Shown: piece after piece, positions 1 to 13,000 of the stretch | Numbering within the stretch: position 1 is the first letter of the stretch | Layout of the letters: each line of letters opens with the position of its first letter | Assembly (NCBI GenBank): GCA_964016885.1 | Contig: OZ024742.1 | Span: 215,512,001 to 215,576,000, forward strand | Reading direction: 5' to 3' | DNA length: 64,000 bases | Origin: Eledone cirrhosa | Taxonomy: Eukaryota | Notes under the pieces: generated by a model | What the model saw: only the letters and a program-made list of their open reading frames with translations | Told to the model about the DNA's origin: nothing | Database searches by the model: none | Program-made: the position numbers and the translations under genes

Positions 1-589
1 GTTAGATAGTTGGTGGAGTGGTGTTTGTAGTGGTGTGGTGTTGGTGATAGTTAGATAGTTGGTGGAGTGGTGTTTGTAGTGGTGTGTTGTTGCTGATAGT
101 TAGATAGTTGGTGGAATGGTGTTTGTAGTGGTGTGGTGTTGGTGATAGTTAGATAGATGGTGGAGTGTTGTTTATAGTGGTGTGTTGTTGGTACAGTTAG
201 ATAGTTGGTGGAGTGGTGTTGGTAGTGGTGTGTTGTTGCTGATAGTTAGATAGTTGGTGGAGTGGTGTTTGTAGTGGTGTGGTGTTGGTGATAGTTAGAT
301 AGATGGTGGAGTGGTGTTTGTAGTGGTGTGTTGTTGGTATAGTTAGATAGTTGGCGGAGTGGTGTTTGTAGTGGTGTGTTGTTGCTGATAGTTAGATAGA
401 TGGTGGAGTGGTGTTTGAAGTGGTGTGTTGTTGCTGATAGTTAGATAGTTGGTGTAGTGGTGTTTGTAGTGGTGTGGTGTTGGTGATAGTTAGATGATTG
501 GTGGAGTGGTGTTTGTAGTGGTGTGTTGTTGGTGATAGTTAGATAGTTGGTGGAGTGGTGTTTGTAGTGGTGTGTTGTTACTGATAGTT

Positions 590-2340
590 AGATAGATGGT
601 GGAGTGCTGTTTGTAGTGGTGTGTTGTTGGTGATAGTTAGATAGATGGTGGAGTGATGTTTGCAGTGGTGTGTTGTTGGTGATAGTTAGATAGTTGGTGG
701 AGTGGTGTTTGTAGTGGTGTGTTGCTGCTGATAGTTAGATAGTTGTTGGAGTGGTGTTTGTAGTGCTGTGTTGTTGCTGATATTTTGATAGTTGGTGGAG
801 TGGTGTTTGTAGTGGTGTGTTGTTGCTGATGGTTAGATAGTTGATGGAGTGGTGTTTATAGTGGTGTGTTGTTGCTGATAGTTAGATAGATGGTGGAGTG
901 GTGTTTGTAGTGGTGTGTTGTTGGTGATAGATAGATAGATGGTGGAGTGGTGTTTGTAGTGGTGTGTTGTTGCTGATAGTTAGATAGTTGGTGGAGTGGT
1001 GTTAGTAGTGGTGTGTTGTTGGTGATAGTTAGATAGATGGTGGAGTGGTGTTTGTAGTGGTGTGTTGTTTCTGATAGTTAGATAGTTGGTGGTGTGGTGT
1101 TTGTAGTGGTGTGTTGTTGGTGATAGTTAAATAGATGGTGGAGTGGTGTTTGTAGTGGTGTGTTGTTGCTGATAGTTAGATAGTTGGTGGAATGGTGTTT
1201 GTAGTGGTGTGTTGTTGGTGAAAGTTAGATAGATGGTGGGGTGGTGTTTGTAGTGGTGTGTGGTTGGTGATAGTTAGATAGATGTTGGAGTGGTGTTTGT
1301 AGTGGTGTGTTGTTGGTGATAGTTAGATAGTTGGTGGAGTGGTGTTTGTAGTGGTGTGTTGTCGGTGATAGTTAGATAGATGGTGGTGTGGTGTTTGTAG
1401 TGGTGTGTTGTCGGTGATAGTTAGATAGATGGTGGAGTGGTGTTTGTAGTGAGGTGTTGTTGCTGATAGTTAGATAGTTGGTGGAGTGGTGTTTTAGTGG
1501 TGTGTTGTTGGTGATAGTTAGATAGATGGTGGAGTGGTGTTTCTAGTGGTGTGTTGTTGGTGATAGTTAGATAGTTGGTGGAGTGGTTTTTGTAGTCGTT
1601 TGTTGTTTCTGATAGTTAGATAGATGGTGGAGTGGAGTGGTGTTTGTAGTGATGTGTTGTTGGTGATTGTTAGATAGTTAGTGGAGTGTTGTTTGTAGTG
1701 GTGTGCTGTTTGTGATAGTTAGATAGATGGTGGAGTGGTGTTTCTAGTGGTGTGTTGTTGCTGATAGTTAGATAGATGGTGGAGTGCTGTTTGTAGTGGT
1801 GTGTTGTTGGTGATAGTTAGATAGATGGTGGAGTGGTGTTTGCAGTGGTGTGTTGTTGGTGATAGTTAGATAGTTGGTGGAGTGGTGTTTGTAGTGGTGT
1901 GTTGTTGCTGATAGTTAGATAGTTGTTGGAGTGGTGTTTGTAGTGCTGTGTTGTTGCTGATATTTAGATAGTTGGTGGAGTGGTGTTTGTAGTGGTGTGT
2001 TGTTGCTGATGGTTAGATAGTTGATGGAGTGGTGTTTGTAGTGGTGTGTTGTTGCTGATAGTTAGATAGTTGGTGGAGTGGTGTTTGTAGTGGTGTGTTG
2101 TTGGTGATAGATAGATAGATGGTGGAGTGGTGTTTATACTGGTGTGTTGTTGCTGATAGTTAGATAGTTGGTGGAGTGGTGTTAGTAGTGGTGTGTTGTT
2201 GGTGATAGTTAGATAGATGGTGGAGTGGTGTTTGTAGTGGTGTGTTGTTTCTGATAGTTAGATAGTTGCTGGTGTGGTGTTTGTAGTGATGTGTTGTTGG
2301 TGATAGTTAAATAGATGGTGGAGTGGTGTTTGTAGTGGTG
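590..2340 (+). repeat. Nested block duplication, offset 1180 bp (~24 monomers; ~590-1160 vs ~1770-2340)
   Basis: ggagtgctgt at 601/1781, atagatagat at 931/2111, tgatagttaa at 1121/2301. Confidence 0.85.
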
Positions 2341-2569
2341 TGGTGTTGGTGATAGTTTGATAGTTGTTGGAGTGGTGTGTTGTTGCTGATAGTTAGATAG
2401 TTGGTGGAGTGGTGTTTGTAGTGGTGTGTTGTTGCTGATAGTTAGATAGTTGGTGGAGTGGTGTTTGTAGTGGTGTGTTGTTGGTGAAAGTTAGATAGAT
2501 GGTGGAGTGGTGTTTGTAGTGATGTGTTGTTTCTGAATAGTTAGATAGTTGGTGAAGTGGTGTGTTGTT

Positions 2570-3900
2570 GCTGATAGTGAGATAGATGTTGGAGTGGTGT
2601 TGTTAGTGGTGTGTTGTTGGTGATAGTTAGATAGTTGGTGGAGTGGTGTTTGTAGTGGTGTGTTGTTGCTGATAGTGAGATAGATGGTGGAGCGGTGTTT
2701 ATAGTGGTGTGTTGTTGCTGATAGTGAGATAGATGGTGGAGGGGTGTTTGTAGTGGTGTGTTGTTGGTGATAGTAGATAGATGGTGGAGTAGTGTTTGCA
2801 GTGATGTGTTGTTGGTGATAGTTAGATAGTTGGTGGAGTGGTGTTTGTAGTGGTGTGTTGTTGGTGTTAGTTAGATAGTTGGTGAAGTGGTGTTTGTAGT
2901 GGTGTATTGTTGGTGATAGTTAGATAGATGGTGGAGTGGTGTTTGTAGTGATGTGTTGTTTCTGATAGTTAGATAGTTGGTGGAGTGGTGTTTGTAGTGG
3001 TGTCATGTTGTTGATAGTTAGATAGTTGGTGGAGTGGTGTTTGTAGTGGTGTCATGTTGTTGATAGTTAGATAGTTGGTGAAGTGATGTTTGTAGTGGTG
3101 TGTTGTTGGTGATAGTTAGATAGTTGGTGGAGTGGTGTTTGTAGTGGTGTGTTGTTGGTGATAGTTAAATAGATGGTGGAGTGGTGTTTGTAGTGATGCG
3201 TTGTTGCTGATAGTTAGATAGTTGGTGGAATGGTGTTTGTAGTGGTGTGTTGTTGGTGAAAGTTAGATAGATGGTGGAGTGGTGTTTGTAGTGATGTGTT
3301 GTTGCTGATAGTGAGATAGGTGTTGGAGTGGTGTTGGTAGTGGTGTGTTGTTGGTGATAGTTAGATAGTTGGGGGAGTGGTGTTTGTAGTGGTGTGTTGT
3401 TGCTGATAGTGAGATAGATGGTGGAGTGGTGTTTATAGTGGTGTGTTGTTGCTGATAGTGAGATAGATGGTGGAGGGGTGTTTGTAGTGGTGTGTTGTTG
3501 GTGATAGTAGATAGATGGTGGAGTACTGTTTGCAGTGATGTGTTGTTGGTGATAGTTAGATAGTTGGTGGAGTGGTGTTTGTAGTGGTGTGTTGTTGGTG
3601 ATAGTTAGATAGTTGGTGAAGTGGTGTTTGTAGTGGTGTATTGTTGGTGATAGTTAGATAGATGGTGGAGTGGTGTTTGTAGTGATGTGTTGTTTCTGAT
3701 AGTTAGATAGTTGGTGGAGTGGTGTTTGTAGTGGTGTCATGTTGTTGATAGTTAGATAGTTGGTGGAGTGGTGTTTGTAGTGGTGTCATGTTGTTGATAG
3801 TTAGATAGTTGGTGAAGTGATGTTTGTAGTGGTGTGTTGTTGGTGATAGTTAGATAGTTGGTGGAGTGGTGTTTGTAGTGGTGTGTTGTTGGTGATAGTT
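2570..3900 (+). repeat. Nested tandem duplication, offset 734 bp (15 monomers minus 1 bp)
   Basis: 1-bp deletion variant tagtagatag at 2771/3505; paired tgtcatg monomers at 3001/3735. Confidence 0.85.
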
Positions 3901-6900
3901 AGATAGATGGTGGAGTGGTGTTTGTAGTGGTGTGTTGTTGGTGATAGTGAGATAGATGGTGGCGTGGTGTTTGTAGTGGTGTGTTGTTGGTGATAGTTAG
4001 ATAGTTGGTTGGGTGGTGTTTATAGTGGTGTGTTGTTGCTGATAGTTAGATAGTTGGTGGAGTGGTGTTTGTAGTGGTGTGTTGTTGCTGATAGTTAGAT
4101 AGTTGGTGGAGTGGTGTTTGTAGAGGTGTGTTGTTGCTGATAGTTAGATAGTTGGTGGAGAGGTGTTTGTAGTGGTGTGTTGTTGGTGATAGTTAGATAG
4201 TTGGTGGAGTGTTGTTTGTAGTTTTTTTTGTTGCTGATAGTTAGATAGTTGGTGGAGTGGTGTTTGTAGTGGTGTGGTGTTGGTGATAGTTAGATAGTTG
4301 GTGGAGTGGTGTTTGTAGTGGTGTGTTGTTGCTGATAGTTAGATAGTTGGTGGAGTGGTGTTTGTAGTGGTGTGGTGTTGGTGATAGTTAGATAGATGGT
4401 GGAGTGTTGTTTATAGTGGTGTGTTGTTGGTGCAGTTAGATAGTTGGTGGAGTGGTGTTGGTAGTGGTGTGTTGTTGCTGATAGTTAGATTGTTGGTGGA
4501 GTGGTGTTTGTAGTGGTGTGGTGTTGGTGATAGTTAGATAGATGGTGGAGTGGTGTTTGTAGTGGTGTGTTGTTAGTATAGTTAGATAGTTGGCGGAGTG
4601 GTGTTTGTAGTGGTGTGTTGTTGCTGATAGTTAGATAGATGGTGGAGTGGTGTTTGAAGTGGTGTGTTGTTGCTGATAGTTAGATAGTTGGTGGAGTGGT
4701 GTTTGTAGTGGTGTGGTTTTGGTGATAGTTAGATAATTGGTGGAGTGGTGTTTGTAGTGGTGTGTTGTTGGTGATAGTTAGATAGTTGGTGGAGTGGTGT
4801 TTGTAGTGGTGTGTTGTTACTGATAGTTAGATAGATGGTGGAGTGCTGTTTGTAGCGGTGTGTCGTTGGTGATAGTTAGATAGTTGGTGGAGTGGTGTTT
4901 GCAGTGGTGTGTTGTTGGTGATAGTTAGATAGTTGGTGGAGTTGTGTTTGTAGTGGTGTGTTGCTGCTGATAGTTAGATAGTTGTTGGAGTGGAGTTTGT
5001 AGTGCTGTGTTGTTGCTGATATTTTGATAGTTGGTGGAGTGGTGTTTGTAGTGGTGTGTTGTTGCTGATGGTTAGATAGTTGATGGAGTGGTGTTTATAG
5101 TGGTGTGTTGTTGCTGATAGTTAGATAGTTGGTGGAGTGGTGTTTGTAGTGGTGTGTTGTTGGTGATAGATAGATAGATGGTGGAGTGGTGTTTGTAGTG
5201 GTGTGTTGTTGCTGATAGTTAGATAGTTGGTGGAGTGGTGTTAGTAGTGGTGTGTTGTTGGTGATAGTTAGATAGATGGTGGAGTGGTGTTTGTAGTGGT
5301 GTGTTGTTTCTGATAGTTAGATAGTTGGTGGTGTGGTGTTTGTAGTGGTGTGTTGTTGGTGATAGTTAAATAGATGGTGGAGTGGTGTTTGTAGTGGTGT
5401 GTTGTTGCTGATAGTTAGATAGTTGGTGGAATGGTGTTTGTAGTGGTGTGTTGTTGGTGAAAGTTAGATAGATGGTGGGGTGGTGTTTGTAGTGGTGTGT
5501 GGTTGGTGATAGTTAGTTAGATGGTGGAGTGGTGTTTGTAGTGGTGTGTTGTTGGTGATAGTTAGATAGTTGGTGGAGTGGTGTTTGTAGTGGTGTGTTG
5601 TCGGTGATAGTTAGATAGATGGTGGTGTGGTGTTTGTAGTGGTGTGTTGTCGGTGATAGTTAGATAGATGGTGGATTGGTGTTTGTAGTGAGGTGTTGTT
5701 GCTGATAGTTAGATAGTTGGTGGAGTGGTGTTTTAGTGGTTTGTTGTTGGTGATAGTTAGATAGATGGTGGAGTGGTGTTTCTAGTGGTGTGTTGTTGGT
5801 GATAGTTAGATAGTTCGTGGAGTGGTTTTTGTAGTCGTTTGTTGTTTCTGATAGTTAGATAGATGGTGGAGTGCAGTGGTGTTTGTAGTGATGTGTTGTT
5901 GGTGATTGTTAGATAGTTAGTGGAGTTGTGTTTGTAGTGGTGTGCTGTTTGTGATAGTTAGATAGATGGTGGAGTGGTGTTTCTAGTGGTGTGTTGTTGC
6001 TGATAGTTAGATAGATGGTGGAGTGCTGTTTGTAGTGGTGTGTTGTTGGTGATAGTTAGATAGATGGTGGAGTGGTGTTTGCAGTGGTGTGTTGTTGGTG
6101 ATAGTTAGATAGTTGGTGGAGTGGTGTTTGTAGTGGTGTGTTGTTGCTGATAGTTAGATAGTTGTTGGAGTGGTGTTTGTAGTGCTGTGTTGTTGCTGAT
6201 ATTTAGATAGTTGGTGGAGTGGTGTTTGTAGTGGTGTGTTGTTGCTGATGGTTAGATAGTTGATGGAGTGGTGTTTGTAGTGGTGTGTTGTTGCTGATAG
6301 TTAGATAGTTGGTGGAGTGGTGTTTGTAGTGGTGTGTTGTTGGTGATAGATAGATAGATGGTGGAGTGGTGTTTATACTGGTGTGTTGTTGCTGATAGTT
6401 AGATAGTTGGTGGAGTGGTGTTAGTAGTGGTGTGTTGTTGGTGATAGTTAGATAGATGGTGGAGTGGTGTTTGTAGTGGTGTGTTGTTTCTGATAGTTAG
6501 ATAGTTGCTGGTGTGGTGTTTGTAGTGATGTGTTGTTGGTGATAGTTAAATAGATGGTGGAGTGGTGTTTGTAGTGGTGTGGTGTTGGTGATAGTTAGAT
6601 AGTTGTTGGAGTGGTGTGTTGTTGCTGATAGTTAGATAGTTGTTGGAGTGGTGTTTGTAGTGGTGTGTTGTTGCTGATAGTTAGATAGTTGGTGGAGTGG
6701 TGTTTGTAGTGGTGTGTTGTTGGTGAAAGTTAGATAGATGGTGGAGTGGTGTTTTTAGTGATGTGTTGTTTCTGAATAGTTAGATAGTTGGTGAAGTGGT
6801 GTGTTGTTGCTGATAGTGAGATAGATGTTGGAGTGGTGTTGTTAGTGGTGTGTTGTTGGTGATAGTTAGATAGTTGGTGGAGTGGTGTTTGTAGTGGTGT

Positions 6901-7059
6901 GTTGTTGCTGATAGTGAGATAGATGGTGGAGTGGTGTTTATAGTGGTGTGTTGTTGCTGATAGTGAGATAGATGGTGGAGGGGTGTTTGTAGTGGTGTGT
7001 TGTTGGTGATAGTAGATAGATGGTGGAGTAGTGTTTGCAGTGATGTGTTGTTTCTGATA

Positions 7060-10000
7060 GTTAGATAGTTGGTGGAGTGGTGTTTGTAGTGGTGTCATGT
7101 TGTTGATAGTTAGATAGTTGGTGGAGTGGTGTTTGTAGTGGTGTCATGTTGTTGATAGTTAGTGAGTTGGTGAAGTGATGTTTGTAGTGGTGTGTTGTTG
7201 GTGATAGTTAGATAGTTGGTGGAGTGGTGTTTGTACTGGTGTTGTTGCTGATAGTTTGATAGTTGGTGGAGTGGTGTTTGTAGTGGTGTGGTGTTGGTGA
7301 TAGTTAGATAGTTGGTGGAGTGGTGTTTGTAGTGGTGTGGTGTTGGTGATAGTTAGATAGATGGTGGAGTGTTGTTTATAGTGGTGTGTTGTTGGTACAG
7401 TTAGATAGTTAGTGGAGTGGTGTTTGTAGTGGTGTGTTGTTGCTGATAGTTAGATAGTTGGTGGAGTGGTGTTTGTAGTGGTGTGTTGTTGGTATAGTTA
7501 GATAGTTGGTGGAGTGGTGTTTGTAGTGGTGTGTTGTTGCTGATAGTTAGATAGATGGTGGAGTGCTGTTTGTAGTGGTGTGTTGTTGGTGATAGTTAGA
7601 TAGATGCTGGAGTGGTGTTTGCAGTGGTGTGTTGTTGGTGATAGTTAGATAGTTGGTGGAGTGGTGTTTGTAGTGGTGTGTTGTTGCTGATAGTTAGATA
7701 GTTGTTGGAGTGGTGTTTGTAGTGCTGTGTTGTTGCTGATATTTAGATAGTTGGTGGAGTGGTGTTTGTAGTGGTGTGTTGTTGCTGATGGTTAGATAGT
7801 TGATGGAGTGGTGTTTGTAGTGGTGTGTTGTTGCTGATAGATAGATAGTTGGTGGAGTGGTGTTTGTAGTGGTGTGTTGTTGGTGATAGATAGATAGATG
7901 GTGGAGTGTTGTTTGTAGTGGTGCGTTGTTGCTGATAGTTAGATAGTTGGTGGAGTGGTGTTAGTAGTGGTGTGTTGTTGGTGATAGTTAGATAGATGGT
8001 GGAGTGGTGTTTGTAGTGGTGTGTTGTTTCTGATAGTTAGATAGTTGGTGGTGTGGTGTTTGTAGTGATGTGTTGTTGATGATAGTTAAATAGATGGTGG
8101 AGTGGTGTTTGTAGTGATGTGTTGTTGCTGATAGTTAGATAGTTGGTGGAATGGTGTTTGTAGTGGTGTGTTGTTGGTGAAAGTTAGATAGATGGTGGGG
8201 TGGTGTTTGTAGTGGTGTGTGGTTGGTGATAGTTAGATAGATGGTGGAGTGGTGTTTGTAGTGGTGTGTTGTTGGTGATAGTTAGATAGTTGGTGGAGTG
8301 GTGTTTGTAGTGGTGTGTTGTCGGTGATAGTTAGATAGATGGTGGAGTGGTGTTTGTAGTGGTGTGTTGTCGGTGATAGTTAGATAGATGGTGGAGTGGT
8401 GTTTGTAGTGAGGTGTTGTTGCTTATAGTTAGATAGTTGGTGGAGTGGTGTTTTAGTGGTGTGTTGTTGGTGATAGTTAGATAGATGGTGGAGTGGTTTT
8501 TCTAGTGGTGTGTTGTTGGTGATAGTTAGATAGTTAGTGGAGTGGTTTTTGTAGTCGTTTGTTGTTTCTGATAGTTAGATAGATGGTGAAGTGGAGTGGT
8601 GTTTGTAGTGATGTGTTGTTGGTGATTGTTAGATAGTTAGTGGAGTGGTGTTTGTAGTGGTGTGCTGTTTGTGATAGTTAGATAGATGGTGGAGTGGTGT
8701 TTGTAGTGGTGTGTTGTTGGTGATAGCTAGATAGATGGTGGAGTGGTGTGTTGTTGGTGATAGTTAGATAGTTGGTGGAGTGGTGTTTGTAGTAGTGTTG
8801 TTGCTGATAGTGAGATAGATGGTGGAGGGGTGTTTGTAGTGGTGTGTTGTTGGTGCTAGTAGATAGATGGTGGAGTAGTGTTTGTAGTGATGTGTTGTTG
8901 GTGATAGTTAGATAGTTGGTGGAGTGGTGTTTGTAGTGGTGTGTTGTTGGTGATAGTTAGATAGTTGGTGAAGTGGTGTTTGTAGTGGTGTATTGTTGGT
9001 GATAGTTAGATAGATGGTGGAGTGGTGTTTGTAGTGATGTGTTGTTTCTGTTAGTTAGATAGTTGGTGGAGTGGTGTTTGTAGTGGGGTCATGTTGTTGA
9101 TAGTTAGATAGTTGGTGGAGTGGTGTTTGTAGTGGTGTCATGTTGTTGATAGTTAGATAGTTGGTGGAGTGGTGTTTGTAGTGGTGTGTTGTGGTGATAG
9201 TTAGATAGATGGTGGAGTGGTGTTTGTAGTGGTGTGTTGTTGGTGATAGTGAGATAGATGGTGGAGTGGTGTTTGTAGTGGTGTGTTGTTGCTGATAGTT
9301 AGATAGTTGGTAGAGTGGTGTTTGTAGTGGAGTGTTGTTGATGATAGTTAGATAGTTGGTGGAGAGGTGTTTGTAGTGGTGTGTTGTTGGTGATAGTTAG
9401 ACAGTTGGTGGAGTGGTGTTTGTAGTGGTGTGGTGTTGGTGATAGTTAGATAGTTGGTGGAGTGGTGTTTGTAGTGGTGTGTTGTTGCTGATAGTTAGAT
9501 AGTTGGTGGAGTGGTGTTTGTAGTGGTGTGGTGTTGGTGATAGTTAGATAGTTGGTGGAGTGGTGTTTGTAGTGGCGTGTTGTTGCTGATAGTTAGATAG
9601 TTGTTTGAGTGGTGTTTGTAGTGGTGTGGTGTTGGTGATAGTTAGATAGATGGTGGAGTGTTGTTTATAGTGGTGTGTTGTTGGTACAGTTAGATAGTTG
9701 GTGGAGTGGTGTTTGTAGTGGTGTGTTGTTACTGATAGTTAGATAGTTGGTGGAGTGGGGTTTGTAGTGGTGTGGTGTTGGTGATAGTTAGATAGATGGT
9801 GGAGTGGTGTTTGTAGTGGTGTGTTGTTGGTATAGTTAGATAGTTGGTGGAGTGCTGTTTGTAGTGGTGTGTTGTTGCTGATAGTTAGATAGATGGTGGA
9901 GTGCTGTTTGTAGTGGTGTGTTGTTGGTGATAGTTAGATAGTTGGTGGAGTGGTGTTTGTAGTGGTGTGTTGTTGCTGATAGTTAGATAGTTGTTGGAGT

Positions 10001-13000
10001 GGTGTTTGTAGTGCTGTGTTGCTGCTGATATTTAAGATAGTTGGTGGAGTGGTGTTTGTAGTGGTGTGTTGTTGCTGATGGTTAGATAGTTGATGGAGTG
10101 GTGTTTGTAGTGGTGTGTTGTTGTTGATAGTTAGATAGTTGGTGGAGAGGTGTTTGTAGTGGTGTGTTGTTGGTGATAGTTAGACAGTTGGTGGAGTGGT
10201 GTTTGTAGTGGTGTGGTGTTGGTGATAGTTAGATAGTTGGTGGAGTGGTGTTTGTAGTGGTGTGTTGTTGCTGATAGTTAGATAGTTGGTGGAGTGGTGT
10301 TTGTAGTGGTGTGGTGTTGGTGATAGTTAGATAGTTGGTGGAGTGGTGTTTGTAGTGGTGTGTTGTTGCTGATAGTTAGATAGTTGTTTGAGTGGTGTTT
10401 GTAGTGGTGTGGTGTTGGTGATAGTTAGATAGATGGTGGAGTGTTGTTTATAGTGGTGTGTTGTTGGTACAGTTAGATAGTTGGTGGAGTGGTGTTTGTA
10501 GTGGTGTGTTGTTGCTGATAGTTAGATAGATGGTGGAGTGGTGTTTGCGGTGGTGTGTTGTTGGTATAGTTAGATAGTTGGTGGAGTGCTGTTTGTAGTG
10601 GTGTGTTGTTGCTGATAGTTAGATAGATGGTGGAGTGCTGTTTGTAGTGGTGTGTTGTTGGTGATAGTTAGATAGATGGTGGAGTGGTGTTTGTAGTGAT
10701 GTGTTGTTTCTGAATAGTTAGATAGTTGGTGGAGTGGTGTTTGTAGTGGTGTCATTTTGCTGATAGTTAGATAGTTGTTGGAGTGGTGTTTGTAGAGGTG
10801 TGTTGTTGGTGATAGTGAGATAGATGGTGGAGTAGTGTTTGTAGTGGTGTGTTGTTGGTGATAGTTAGATAGTTGGTAAAGTTTTGTTTGTAGTGGTGTG
10901 TTGTTGCTGATAGTTAGATAGTTGGTGGAGTGGTGTTTTTAGTGGTGTGTTGTTGGTGATAGTTAGATAGATGTTGGAGTGGTGTTTGTAGTTGTGTGTT
11001 GTTGGTGATAGTTAGATAGTTGGTGGAGTGGTGTTTGTCGTGGTTTGTTGTTGGTGATAGTTAGATAGATGGTGGAGTGGTGTTTGTAGTGGTGTGTTGT
11101 TGTTGATAGTTAGATAGTTGGTGGAGTGGTGTTTGTAGTGGTGTGTTGTTGGTGATTGTTAGATAGTTGGTGCAGTGGTGTTTGTAGTGGTGTGTTATTG
11201 GTGATAGTTAGATAGTTGGTGGAGTGGTGTTTGTAGTGGTGTGTTGTTGCTGATAGTAAGATAGATGGTGGAGTGGTGTTTGTAGTTGTGTGTTGTTGGT
11301 GATAGTTAGATAGTTGGTGGAGTGGTGTTTGAAGTGGTGTGTTGTTGGTGATAGTTATATATATGGTGGAGTGGTGTTTGTAGTGATGTGTTGTTTCTGA
11401 TAGATAGATAGTTGGTGGAGTGGTGTTTGTAGCGGTGTCATGTTGTTCATAGTTAGATAGTTGGTGAAGTGGTGTTTGTAGTGGTGTGTTGTTGGTGATA
11501 GTTAGATAGTTGGTGGAGTGGTGTTTGTAGTGGTGTGTTGTTGCTGATAGTTAGATAGTTGGTGGAGTGGTGTTTGTAGTGGTGTGTTGTTGGTGATAGT
11601 GAGATAGATGGTGGAGTGGTGTTTGTAGTGGTGTGTTGTTGGTGATAGATAGATAGTTGGTTAAGTGGTGTTTATAGTGGTGTGTTGTTGCTGATAGTTA
11701 GATAGATGGTGGAGTGGTGTTTGGAGTGGTGTTTGTAGTGGTGTGTTGTTGCTGATAGTTAGATAGTTGGTGGTGAGGTGTTTGTAGTGGTGTGTTGTTG
11801 GTGATAGTTAGATAGTTGGTGGAGTGGTGTTTGCAGTTGTGTGTTGTTGCTGATAGTTAGATAGATGGTGGAGTGGTGTTTGTAGTGGTGTGTTGTTGGT
11901 GATAGTTAGATAGTTGGTGGAGTGGTGTTTGTAGTGGTGTGTTGTTGCTGATAGTTAGATAGTTAGTGGAGTGGTGTTTGTAGTGGTGTATTGTTGCTGA
12001 TAGTTAGATAGTTGGTGGAGTGGTGTTTGTAGTGGTGTGGTGTTGGTGATAGTTAGATAGTTATTGGAGTGGTGTTTGTAGTGGTGTGTTGTTGGTATTG
12101 TTAGATAGTTGGTGGAGTGGTGTTTGGAGTGGTGTGTTGTTGCTGATAGTTAGATAGTTGGTGGAGTGGTGTTTGTAGTGGTGTGGTGTTGGTGATAGTT
12201 AGATAGTTGGTGGAGTGGTGTTTGTAATGGTGTGTTGTTGCTGATAGTTAGATAGATGGTGGAGTGGTGTTTGAAGTGGTGTATTGTTGCTGATAGTTAG
12301 ATAGTTGGTGGAGTGGTGTTTGTAGTGGTGTGGTGTTGGTGATAGTTAGATAGTTGGTGGAGTGGTGTTTGTAGTGGTGTGTTGTTGCTGATAGTAAGAC
12401 AGATGGTGGAGTGGTGTTTGTAGTGGTGTGTTGTTGCTGATAGTGAGATAGATGTTGGAGTGGTGTTTGTAGTGGTGTGTTGTTGGTGATAGTTAGATAG
12501 ATGGTGGAGTGGTGTTTGTAGTGGTGTGTTGTTGGTGATAGTTAGATAGTTGGTGGAGTGGTGTTTGTAGTGGTGTGTTGTTGGTATTGTTAGATAGTTG
12601 GTGGAGTGGTGTTTGGAGTGGTGTGTTGTTGCTGATAGTTAGATAGTTGGTGGAGTGGTGTTTGCAGTTGTGTGTTGTTGCTGATAGTTAGATAGTTGGT
12701 GGAGTGGTGTTTGTAGTGGTGTCATGTTGCTGATAGTTAGATAGTTGGTGAAGTGGTGTTTGTAGTGGTATGTTGTTGGTGATAGTTAGATAGATGGTGG
12801 AGTGGTGTTTGTAGTGGTGTGTTGTTGGTGATAGTTAGATAGTTGGTAAAGTTGTGTTTGTAGTGGTGTGTTGTTGCTGATAGTTAAATAGTTGGTGGAG
12901 TGGTGTTTTTAGTGGTGTGTTGTTGGTGATAGTTAGATAGTTGGTGGAGTGGTGTTTGTAGTGGTGTCATGTTGTTGATAGTTAGATAGTTGGTGGAGTG

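Larger units (their letters stand above)
1..7230 (+). repeat. Block duplication, offset 4239 bp (1..~2810 vs 4240..~7050; continues at offset 4092 after loss of 3 monomers)
   Basis: Shared rare variants at constant offset: C194/C4433 (ggtacag/ggtgcag), C355/C4594 (ttggcgg), tctgaatag 2532/6771; tgtcatg 3001/7093 after a 147-bp deletion. Confidence 0.88.

Noticed and set aside
9-16. Chi-like octamer G(T/A)TGGTGG in each monomer (matches Haemophilus influenzae GNTGGTGG; one mismatch to E. coli GCTGGTGG)
   Set aside because: Expected by chance in a TGG-rich unit, and nothing indicates a bacterial RecBCD context.
925-942. (GATA)n Bkm-type microsatellite and TATATATA stretches (for example 11356-11363) as separate elements or TATA boxes
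   Set aside because: These are one- or two-base variants of the GATAGTTAGATAG part of the monomer, not independent features.
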